64,000 bases of DNA, from assembly GCA_965217585.1 (NCBI GenBank), contig OZ244561.1, positions 1,920,001 to 1,984,000 on the forward strand. Direction: 5' to 3'. The first letter of the stretch is position 1. Every line of letters begins with the position of its first letter. Under the pieces are notes generated by a model that saw nothing but the letters and a program-made list of their open reading frames with translations, was not told the origin of the DNA and searched no databases. Positions 56,734-64,000 of the stretch are shown here, piece after piece. Origin of the DNA: Candidatus Latescibacterota bacterium (lineage in GTDB: Bacteria > Latescibacterota > UBA2968 > UBA8231). The position numbers were made by a program, and so were the translations under genes.

Positions 56734-57033
56734 ATGAGCTTTGAACAAGCAGTAGACAAAGTGCTGGACCACGAAGGAGGCTTCGTGGATGACCCCGCCG
56801 ACCGGGGTGGCATGACCTTCATGGGCATTTCGCGCCGATGGTTCTCCGACGAGCCCCTCATCGACGAGGATGGCCTTACCGGCCCCGCCACCCGTCGAGC
56901 CATCGAGGCACTGGGCAATCTCGGCGAGGACATGCAAGAGATTCTACCAATTGCGTACCGCTCCCTGCAGGGCGTTCACTTCCTCGACATCTACAAGTCC
57001 AATCGCAGTCAAGTCCGATTCATTCGTGGCTAG
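56734..57033 (+). pseudogene. Internally deleted GH108 lysozyme/endolysin remnant
   Basis: FE.A...VL.HEGGFVDDP.D.GG.T.MGI joined directly to DG..GP.T..A...Q.RF.RG*; TAG stands where the W of GWLNR is expected. Confidence 0.7.
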
Positions 57034-57081
57034 CCACTCAATCGAGCCAGCTAACGCCCACCCTGCTGTGGGCCTCGCAAA

Positions 57082-57170
57082 ACGCAAAGTTGTTCCCGTA
57101 ATCTCTTGCAAGACAAGGAGAACTATGGCATACTTTTTGGACTAGGACCCGATCTCTAGAGAAAGGAGTC
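57082..57170 (+). promoter_or_regulatory. Copy of the CRISPR leader 3' end plus a degenerate repeat, in the promoter/RBS position of the AAA gene
   Basis: 57106-57133 is identical to 55509-55536; 57135-57170 matches the repeat at 25/37 positions with one gap. Confidence 0.8.
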
Positions 57171-57171
57171 C

Positions 57172-58719
57172 ATGAACAAACGCAGATTACCCATCGGCAT
57201 TCAGACCTTCCGCAAAATTCGGGAAGAGGACTACTACTACGTCGATAAAACCGCCTATATCCGGCGGCTGCTCGACGAGGGCACGCACTACTTCCTGTCG
57301 CGCCCCCGGCGCTTCGGCAAAAGCCTATTCTTGGACACGCTCAAGGAAGTGTTCGAAGGCAACGAACCGCTGTTCGCGGGGCTGGACATTCACGACCGCT
57401 GGGATTGGTCGGTGCGTCATCCGGTGCTGCGGCTCGACTTCAGCAGTGGCACCTACCAGGGGCCGGACGACTTGCGGAAGGAAGTGGCGGCGCAATTAAA
57501 CACCTTGGAGGCCGAAGCGGAGATCGTCCCGCGCGACGACGAAGCGCCCGTCCGCTTCCGCCACTTGATGAAGGTGCTGCACGAGCGCAGCGGTCAGCGC
57601 GTTGCGGTGCTGGTTGATGAGTACGACAAGCCGATTCTCGATGCGCTGGAAGTACCGGAGGTCGCCCGCGCCAACCGCGACTTTCTGCGCGGCCTGTATT
57701 CGACCGTGAAGTTTGCCGACGCGCACATCCGCTTCACGTTCATCACCGGGGTGAGCAAGTTTTCCAAGGTCAGCCTGTTTTCCGGCCTCAACAACCTCAC
57801 CGATATCACCTTCGAACCCGAATACTCGGCCCTCTGCGGCTACACCGACGCCGATCTAGACGCCGTGTTCGCCCCGGAGTTGCCCGGCTTAGACCGGGAC
57901 CAGATCCGCGACTGGTACAACGGCTATAGCTGGCTCGGCGACGAGAAGGTGTACAACCCTTTTGACATCCTCCTGCTGTTTCGCCGCCGCCGATTCGCCG
58001 CCTATTGGTTTGAAACCGGCACGCCGACGTTTCTGATCGAAACGCTGTTCAAGCGCCGCGTCAGTTCCCTAGCCCTCGATGAGATGGTCGGCAGCGACGA
58101 ACTACTATCGACTTTTGATGTCGATGACATCGCAACCGAGGCACTGCTGTTCCAGACCGGCTACCTGACGATAACCGACGAGGAAGACGTTGGCGGCGAG
58201 CCCGTCTATCGCTTGGGCTATCCCAACCGGGAGGTGCGGCAGAGCCTGAACCGCAGCATGCTGCGCTACTTGGTGCGGGATTCAACGCGGCAGATGGCCA
58301 ACAGCGTGCAACTCTACCGGCTGCTGGAAGCCAACGACTTCGCCGGGCTAGAGACGCTGTTCCACGCTTTCTTCGCCAGCATCCCCTACGAGTGGTACAC
58401 CAACAACGACATCGCCCGTTACGAGGGTTACTACGCGAGTGTGTTCTACTCCTATTTCGCGGGGCTGGGGCTGAACATCGCGGTGGAGGACAGCAGTAGC
58501 CACGGGCGCTTGGACATGGCGGTTCTGTTCAACGGCAACGTCTATCTGTTCGAGTTCAAGGTGGTCGAGATGGCGTCTGCGGGTGCGGCGATGGCGCAGT
58601 TGCAGGAGCGGCGCTACGCGGACAAGTACCGCGCCTTGGGCCAGCCGATTTACCTGATCGCCGTCGAGTTCAGCAAGGATGCCCGCAACCTAGCGGCGTT
58701 TGAAGTGGAACGACTCTGA
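57172..58719 (+). CDS. AAA-ATPase-like plus PD-(D/E)XK nuclease protein, copy 2
   Basis: Same motifs as 37981..39555; C-terminal part nearly identical at DNA level. Confidence 0.92.
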   Translation: MNKRRLPIGIQTFRKIREEDYYYVDKTAYIRRLLDEGTHYFLSRPRRFGKSLFLDTLKEVFEGNEPLFAGLDIHDRWDWSVRHPVLRLDFSSGTYQGPDDLRKEVAAQLNTLEAEAEIVPRDDEAPVRFRHLMKVLHERSGQRVAVLVDEYDKPILDALEVPEVARANRDFLRGLYSTVKFADAHIRFTFITGVSKFSKVSLFSGLNNLTDITFEPEYSALCGYTDADLDAVFAPELPGLDRDQIRDWYNGYSWLGDEKVYNPFDILLLFRRRRFAAYWFETGTPTFLIETLFKRRVSSLALDEMVGSDELLSTFDVDDIATEALLFQTGYLTITDEEDVGGEPVYRLGYPNREVRQSLNRSMLRYLVRDSTRQMANSVQLYRLLEANDFAGLETLFHAFFASIPYEWYTNNDIARYEGYYASVFYSYFAGLGLNIAVEDSSSHGRLDMAVLFNGNVYLFEFKVVEMASAGAAMAQLQERRYADKYRALGQPIYLIAVEFSKDARNLAAFEVERL

Positions 58720-58747
58720 CAGCAAACCAAAACAAAGGAAAACACCC

Positions 58748-59839
58748 GTGAAAGCTTGGCGTTTCTATGCCTTCGGCGACATGCGGCTCGACGACATTGA
58801 GCTGGCAGCCTGCCCACCCGACCACGTGCTAGTCGAGCCGCTGGTAGTCCAGCCCAGCGCGACCGAAGCCCAGCTCGCCTTTGGAATTCCAACCTTGGCG
58901 TACGACCACGTCAAGAGCCGGCTGGAGACAGACGCGCCGCTCCAGCTCTTCGGCCACGAGTTTTGCGCCCGGATCGTAGAGGTCGGGTCAGCGGTCACCG
59001 GATACGCACCCGGCGACCGCGTAGCGGCCCGCGCCAAGCTCCCCTGCGGCGACTGCTCCCTATGCCACTCCCAGCGCAGCGATGACTGCCGGCGCGGCCC
59101 AATCATCGGCTTCCAACTACCCGGCTGCTTTGCCGAGCGCGCCCTGCTCCCGGCCATCGCGCTGGTCAAAGTCGATGACCGCATCTCCGACAGCGAGGCC
59201 GCCACCCTGCAATCGCTGAGCGACAGCATCGCCGGAGTCGAGACCGCACAGATCCGACCGGGCGATTCCGTCGCCGTCTTTGGCCAAGGCAGTATGGGCA
59301 TAGAAAGTATGCAGGCCGCGCGTGCCTGCGGAGCGGGCCAGCTCATCACCGTGGATGTGCGGCCCGAGGCTTGCGAGATCTCGCTCGCGCTGGGTGCTGA
59401 TCACACAATCAACGCCCGTGAGGACGATCCGGTCGAGGCAATCCGCGACCTGACCGGCGGCGAGGGTGCAGACGTGGTATTCGAGTGCGCCGGCGGCAGC
59501 GTCAAGCAGGGGCTGGCCGGCGACCGGGCGCTCAAACAGGCCATGCACGCGGTGCGCTCCGGCGGCAAGCTGGTGGGCGTTTCTTGGTTTGGGGCACCCC
59601 TAGAACTGGATATAGACCTGATGCGGGAGCGCAGCTTGCGCTACCTCTTCCCAGACATCAGTTCGCAAGCTCATCTAGAGTACACGGTGCGGCTGGTAGC
59701 CTCGGGGCGCATCAGCATGAAACCCACCATCCGGCACGTATTAGAGGGAATTGACAAGGTGCCGGAGGCATTTGAAATCACGGCGCACAAAGCCCAGTAC
59801 CAAGCCATCAATCCCGCGCAGGTCGTGATCGCCACTTAG
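58748..59839 (+). CDS. Zn-dependent (threonine/sorbitol-type) MDR dehydrogenase
   Basis: GHEF, C..C..C.......C structural Zn site, VAVFGQGSMG, GADVVFECAG; GTG start. Confidence 0.9.
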   Translation: MKAWRFYAFGDMRLDDIELAACPPDHVLVEPLVVQPSATEAQLAFGIPTLAYDHVKSRLETDAPLQLFGHEFCARIVEVGSAVTGYAPGDRVAARAKLPCGDCSLCHSQRSDDCRRGPIIGFQLPGCFAERALLPAIALVKVDDRISDSEAATLQSLSDSIAGVETAQIRPGDSVAVFGQGSMGIESMQAARACGAGQLITVDVRPEACEISLALGADHTINAREDDPVEAIRDLTGGEGADVVFECAGGSVKQGLAGDRALKQAMHAVRSGGKLVGVSWFGAPLELDIDLMRERSLRYLFPDISSQAHLEYTVRLVASGRISMKPTIRHVLEGIDKVPEAFEITAHKAQYQAINPAQVVIAT

Positions 59840-59886
59840 TGGTTTTTCAAAAGAGTTAGTTACCATTTTTATTTTGGTCTTTTAGT

Positions 59887-59940
59887 CTGGATTCCCGCTT
59901 TCGCGGGAATGACGTCGCTCCCGCGAAAGCGGGAGTCCAG
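59887..59940. repeat. Inverted pair of GATTCCCGC..CGCGGGAATGAC-type REP-like elements
   Basis: CTGGATTCCCGCTTTCGCGGGAATGAC followed by GTCGCTCCCGCGAAAGCGGGAGTCCAG, between convergent genes. Confidence 0.8.
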
Positions 59941-59974
59941 TGCATTAAGGCAATAAATTTAATTGAAAGACCAC

Positions 59975-60829
59975 TTAGGGAATATCTGGATAGTTCAACG
60001 GCATCCCCGTCTTGCCCAGCTCGTAGTGCGCGATGTGCCAACGCCCCAAGTTGGCGCTGAGAAAAAGCGACCGATCCGGGCCGCAGAAGGCGATATTGGT
60101 CGGGGCCGCCATGGCAGTGCCCTCGTAATCGTCGGCCAAAATGTCGAGTTGGCCGTCGGCATACCGATAAATGCGGTCCGGGCGATAGCAGGAGCAGTAC
60201 AGGGTGCCCTCGTCGTCAAAGGCGAGGCCATCGGGAACGGTCTGCGGCAGATCGAACACAGTTTCGGCGGCACCAGCGCGGCCGTCGGCCTCGATTTTGA
60301 TACGGGCCACGCGGGGTTGGATGCTCATAGCCACATAGAGGTGTTCGCCCGTCGCATCTAGCGCCGTGCCGTTGGGAAATTCCGGTAGGGCGCGGCTCCA
60401 GACCTCGCCTTGGCCTCCCGGGGCGATCCTGCAGATCCAACCGTCGTTTTCGTGCCAGCCCCCAGAATTGGACACATAGAGATTGCCAGCCGTGTCAAAG
60501 ACCGGGTAGTTGGCCGCGCTCAGTGGCACCTCGCCCACGCGGTCGCAATACGTGCTGACCGCACCGTCCGGCTCGACTCGCTTGACGCCGTTGCTACAGA
60601 CATACAGGCGGTGCTGGGCATCCTGACAGATCCCGCCGACAAAGCCGCCGACTTGGGCGAACTCCTCGAATTCGCGCCGGGCCAAGTCGATGCGGTAGAT
60701 CTGGCCTGCTTCGCCGCCGGCATAGGCATAGCCATCGCAGCCCCAAGCAATGCACTCGGGATGGTCGAGACCGCTGCCAAAGTCGCCGATAATAGCTGAA
60801 ATTTGGGTGTGGGTATCGAGAAGGGCCAT
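59975..60829 (-). CDS. SMP-30/gluconolactonase family protein
   Basis: LDHPE, AN...FD..GNLYVS, FPNG.ALD, PDGLAFD..G.LY, PTNIAFCG. Confidence 0.9.
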   Translation of the reverse strand: MALLDTHTQISAIIGDFGSGLDHPECIAWGCDGYAYAGGEAGQIYRIDLARREFEEFAQVGGFVGGICQDAQHRLYVCSNGVKRVEPDGAVSTYCDRVGEVPLSAANYPVFDTAGNLYVSNSGGWHENDGWICRIAPGGQGEVWSRALPEFPNGTALDATGEHLYVAMSIQPRVARIKIEADGRAGAAETVFDLPQTVPDGLAFDDEGTLYCSCYRPDRIYRYADGQLDILADDYEGTAMAAPTNIAFCGPDRSLFLSANLGRWHIAHYELGKTGMPLNYPDIP

Positions 60830-60903
60830 AACGTTCCTTTCGCAATAGGGTGCAAGGTCGGCACCGACGGTAATTCAAAGTCGCCGCGCCGACAAGCCCC
60901 TTA

Positions 60904-60932
60904 TTGACAGCCACCCACGGGTGCGCTATGGT
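60904..60932 (+). promoter_or_regulatory. Putative sigma70 promoter
   Basis: TTGACA-N17-TATGGT upstream of the 60966 gene. Confidence 0.55.
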
Positions 60933-60965
60933 CTGCTCGCCCAACATTCACCCCAAGAGGTTCCC

Positions 60966-62099
60966 GTGAAAGCCACTAAAATCGAACGCTTGGAGCCTAT
61001 CCTCTGGGACCGCTGGCTCCTCCTGAAAATCCACTGCGAAGACGGCACTACCGGCATCGGCGAGGGCGGCGTCCACGGCTGGCAGCGGCCCACCAAAACC
61101 ATGCTCGAAACCATGGCCCCGGCCCTCGTTGGCCAGGACCCTGCCCGCATCGAGCACCACTACCAGTGGCTCTACCGCTCGTCGCACTTTATGGGATCGG
61201 TCGTCCAAGGGGCGCTCTCGGCCATTGACATCGCCCTCTGGGACATCAAGGGCAAGCGCCTCGACGTGCCGATCTACGATCTGATGGGCGGCAAAACCCG
61301 CGACAAGGTCCGCTGCTACATGCACGTCGGCGGCGATACGCTCGACGCGCTCGTCGCCGATGGCTTGGCCAAGGTGCAGCAGGGCTTTACCGCCCTCCGC
61401 TTCTCGCCCTTTGCGCCCAACTACTACCTGCACAAGTCGTACGCCGAGTGGGCCGACGAAGCCGTGCGCCGCGTCGGCGCGCTGCGCGAAGCCGTCGGCA
61501 ATGGCATCGACCTCTGCGTCGAGATCCACCGCCAGATGAATCCCGCCGAGTCGATTTGGCTCGGCCGCCGCCTCGAACAATTTCACCCGTATTTCTACGA
61601 AGACCCCATGCTGCCCGACAGCCCGGCGATCATGGGCGAAGTCCAAGCCCAGTGCAATATCCCCATCGCCACCGGCGAGCGCTTTTCCAGCATCTTCGAG
61701 TACCAACAACTCCTCGATGCTAAGGCCACATCCTATATCCGGCCGGACGTCTGCCTCTGCAGCGGCTTGACCGGATCCAAGAAGGTCGCGGCCATGGCCG
61801 AAGCCCGCCACGTCAAAGTCATTCCGCACAATCCCCTCAGCCCGGTCAGCACGGCCGCCTGCATCCAGCTCGACGCCTGCATCCCCAACTTCGCCTTGCA
61901 GGAGTACACCGGTGAAGCCGAGCCGCCCAAGAGCGAACTGTTGATCGAACCGCTCAAACTAGCAGCAGGCTACTTGATCGTGCCCGAGGGGCCCGGCCTC
62001 GGGATCGCGCTCGACGAGGATGCCTTGCGCCGCCATCCAGTCCAAGACAAGGTCCTCGACACGCCCATCGGCTACGACGGGTCGGTGCAAGACCGCTAA
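60966..62099 (+). CDS. Galactonate dehydratase-like enolase superfamily enzyme
   Basis: RWLLLKI..EDG..GIGE, ALSAIDIALWDIKGK, PIATGERF, RPD, PHNPL.P; GTG start. Confidence 0.88.
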   Translation: MKATKIERLEPILWDRWLLLKIHCEDGTTGIGEGGVHGWQRPTKTMLETMAPALVGQDPARIEHHYQWLYRSSHFMGSVVQGALSAIDIALWDIKGKRLDVPIYDLMGGKTRDKVRCYMHVGGDTLDALVADGLAKVQQGFTALRFSPFAPNYYLHKSYAEWADEAVRRVGALREAVGNGIDLCVEIHRQMNPAESIWLGRRLEQFHPYFYEDPMLPDSPAIMGEVQAQCNIPIATGERFSSIFEYQQLLDAKATSYIRPDVCLCSGLTGSKKVAAMAEARHVKVIPHNPLSPVSTAACIQLDACIPNFALQEYTGEAEPPKSELLIEPLKLAAGYLIVPEGPGLGIALDEDALRRHPVQDKVLDTPIGYDGSVQDR

Positions 62100-62108
62100 G
62101 GATACACC

Positions 62109-62960
62109 ATGGATTTTGCAAAATTAGCAGACGAACAACGCGACTTTTTCGACGCCAACGGCTATCTCATCGTCCCCGATGCGCTCGACCCGGAGACCAT
62201 TGAACAGGTCGCCGCCGCCGCCGACCGCCTGATGGACGACTTCGCCTACGAAGGCTATTACCAGCACCGCCGCGATGGCCTAGTCCAAGACCCGACCCTC
62301 GCCAAGCTGGCCACCGCCTCAGCGATCGTCCCACTCGTCATCCAGGTCCTCGGCACCCATATCCACATCACCAACACAGCCCTGATCTACAAACACCCCC
62401 AGCCCGCCGACGACCCCGGCGACTGCACTTGGCACCGCGACGTCGGCGTCCACCTCGACTTGGGGCACGCCCGTATTCCGCGCGTCGGCCTCAAGGTTGG
62501 CTACTGCCTCACCGACATGGACGGTCCCCATACCGGTGCCACGCTCTTCGCGCCCAGCAGCAATCGCCTCGCCGAACCCCTCGTCATCCCCAAAGACCGG
62601 ATCCATCCCGCAGAATACCTCGAACCCCGCCTCAAAGCCGGCGACGCCTTTTTCTTTGAAAGCCGCATCTACCACGGCGCGGCGATCAACAGCCAGGACC
62701 ACATCTCCAAGGTCGCGATGTTCGGTTACCACTACTGCTGGGTCCGCCCCGATTACTATCTGCGCTACTACGCCGACGAGGTACAGCCGAGCGCGGCCGT
62801 GGTCGCCAATCTCGACGACGTCGGCCGCCAACTCCTAGGGGCCACCGCCGACGCGCAGGGACGCGAAGACCCCAACGGCATCCACTGGCCCATCGCCGAA
62901 TGGACCGCAGAGCACGGCTTGTCTTTGGAAAGAGCACCGCAGCGAATCGACGCGGTGTGA
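62109..62960 (+). CDS. PhyH family dioxygenase
   Basis: FF..NGYL...D.L, WHRD, KVGY.LTD, KAGDA.FF..R.YH. Confidence 0.88.
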   Translation: MDFAKLADEQRDFFDANGYLIVPDALDPETIEQVAAAADRLMDDFAYEGYYQHRRDGLVQDPTLAKLATASAIVPLVIQVLGTHIHITNTALIYKHPQPADDPGDCTWHRDVGVHLDLGHARIPRVGLKVGYCLTDMDGPHTGATLFAPSSNRLAEPLVIPKDRIHPAEYLEPRLKAGDAFFFESRIYHGAAINSQDHISKVAMFGYHYCWVRPDYYLRYYADEVQPSAAVVANLDDVGRQLLGATADAQGREDPNGIHWPIAEWTAEHGLSLERAPQRIDAV

Positions 62961-63164
62961 GGTCAGATATACAGTCACGCATTCTCGGTAAATATCCATG
63001 CAATTTGCTAATAGCCTTTAGCTTTTTACATGGATCATAGCCGAACTAAGATATTTTAAGTAGAGCATCTACCTGCTCGGCAAGACCGCGCAGGAACTTA
63101 AATTCAGTGCCATATGTCGCATATTTAAGAAATCGCACCCCAATAGAAAGGTTCAAGTACCACT

Positions 63165-64000
63165 ATGAAAATCCGCCCCTTCAGCGCTAGCCACCTCTCG
63201 CGCTGCATCTTGACCATCCTCATCACAGGCTGCAACTCATTGCCCATGACCCAAGTTCAATCCGGCCTCGACCGCATCCAGCCCTATCCGGCCAATCCGC
63301 GCTACTGGCAGTACAAAGGCCAACCAGTGCTCTTGCTCGGCGGCACGATCAAAGACTGCCTCTTCCAAATACCCGATCTCGAAGCCCATCTCGACCTGCT
63401 GCAATCGGTCGGCGGCAACTACGTGCGCAATACCATGAGCGACCGCCGCGTCTACGGCTATGAGGTCCCAGCCTTCCACCAAAATGCCGACGGCCAGTAC
63501 GACCTCAACCGCTGGAACCCGACGTATTGGCAGCGCTTTGCCGATTTTCTGCGCTGGACCGCCGAGCGCGACATCATCGTCCAGATAGAAATGTGGGACC
63601 GCTTTGACCACAGCCAAATACATTGGCAAGAAGGCCCCCTCAATCCGGCCAACAATATCAACTATACCGTCGAGGAATCGGGCCTAAAGACAGACTATCC
63701 CGCCCACCCCGGCGGCAATTGGCAGCCCTTTTTCTTTACGGTTCCCACCTTGCGTAACAACCAAGTCGTGCTGCCCTACCAACAAGCTTTCGTCGATCAA
63801 GTCCTCAAGCATTCCCTCGCCTACGACCACGTGCTCTACTGCATGGACAACGAAACCAGCGGCGACCCAGCGTGGGGGGCCTATTGGAACGACTATATCA
63901 AGGAGCGGGCACAGCAGGCGGGCAAAACCGTTGAAACCACCGAAATGTGGGACGAGTGGGACGTGCGCGGGCAGACCCATCGCGCCACCTTCGATCACCC
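63165..64000 (+). CDS. Lipoprotein, putative clan-A-like glycoside hydrolase (partial)
   Basis: Hand translation: ILITG-C lipobox; [17 protein letters not shown]; [10 protein letters not shown]; YCMDNE. Open to the window end. Confidence 0.6.
   Translation, partial: MKIRPFSASHLSRCILTILITGCNSLPMTQVQSGLDRIQPYPANPRYWQYKGQPVLLLGGTIKDCLFQIPDLEAHLDLLQSVGGNYVRNTMSDRRVYGYEVPAFHQNADGQYDLNRWNPTYWQRFADFLRWTAERDIIVQIEMWDRFDHSQIHWQEGPLNPANNINYTVEESGLKTDYPAHPGGNWQPFFFTVPTLRNNQVVLPYQQAFVDQVLKHSLAYDHVLYCMDNETSGDPAWGAYWNDYIKERAQQAGKTVETTEMWDEWDVRGQTHRATFDH

Noticed and set aside
1-64000. tRNA, rRNA, IS transposase or integrase genes; the many antisense shadow ORFs
   Set aside because: No RNA genes or mobility enzymes were recognised by eye. 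The shadow ORFs overlap well-supported genes and reflect high GC.

Overview
Bacterial chromosomal window, GC-rich overall. The gene content (DUF6785-type membrane proteins, FlgD-Ig/CHU-C-tailed secreted proteins, C-terminal 'SWGxIK' motifs, sulfatase, PhyH and enolase-superfamily enzymes) suggests a Latescibacterota/Poribacteria-like organism; this is inference. Positions 1-19.4 kb hold a cell-envelope/secreted-protein cluster. Positions 19.5-38 kb hold housekeeping and catabolic genes (hemB, sulfatase, ECF sigma/anti-sigma, a TA pair, two metallopeptidase paralogues, a pyrD-like gene). Positions 40.1-56.6 kb hold a type III-D(v)-like CRISPR-Cas locus with a 14-repeat array, bracketed by two AAA-ATPase/PD-(D/E)XK paralogues. 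The standout is a Cas_NE0113-type CARF domain fused to a sigma54 enhancer-binding protein. It is followed by three copies of a palindromic enhancer-like site, an IHF-like tract and a consensus -24/-12 sigma54 promoter. That promoter heads an apparent operon (ykvA, ecsC, cold-shock-domain-cas7, can2/card1, cas10, RAMPs, cas1, cas2), which suggests a cyclic-oligoadenylate-inducible transcription circuit. Other notable signals are a CRISPR leader plus degenerate repeat serving as the promoter/RBS region of the downstream AAA-nuclease gene, a microhomology duplication junction recording the island's history, a frameshift in cas7-cas7, and several in-frame deletions of enzyme cores. All family assignments come from motif recognition by eye; no searches were run.
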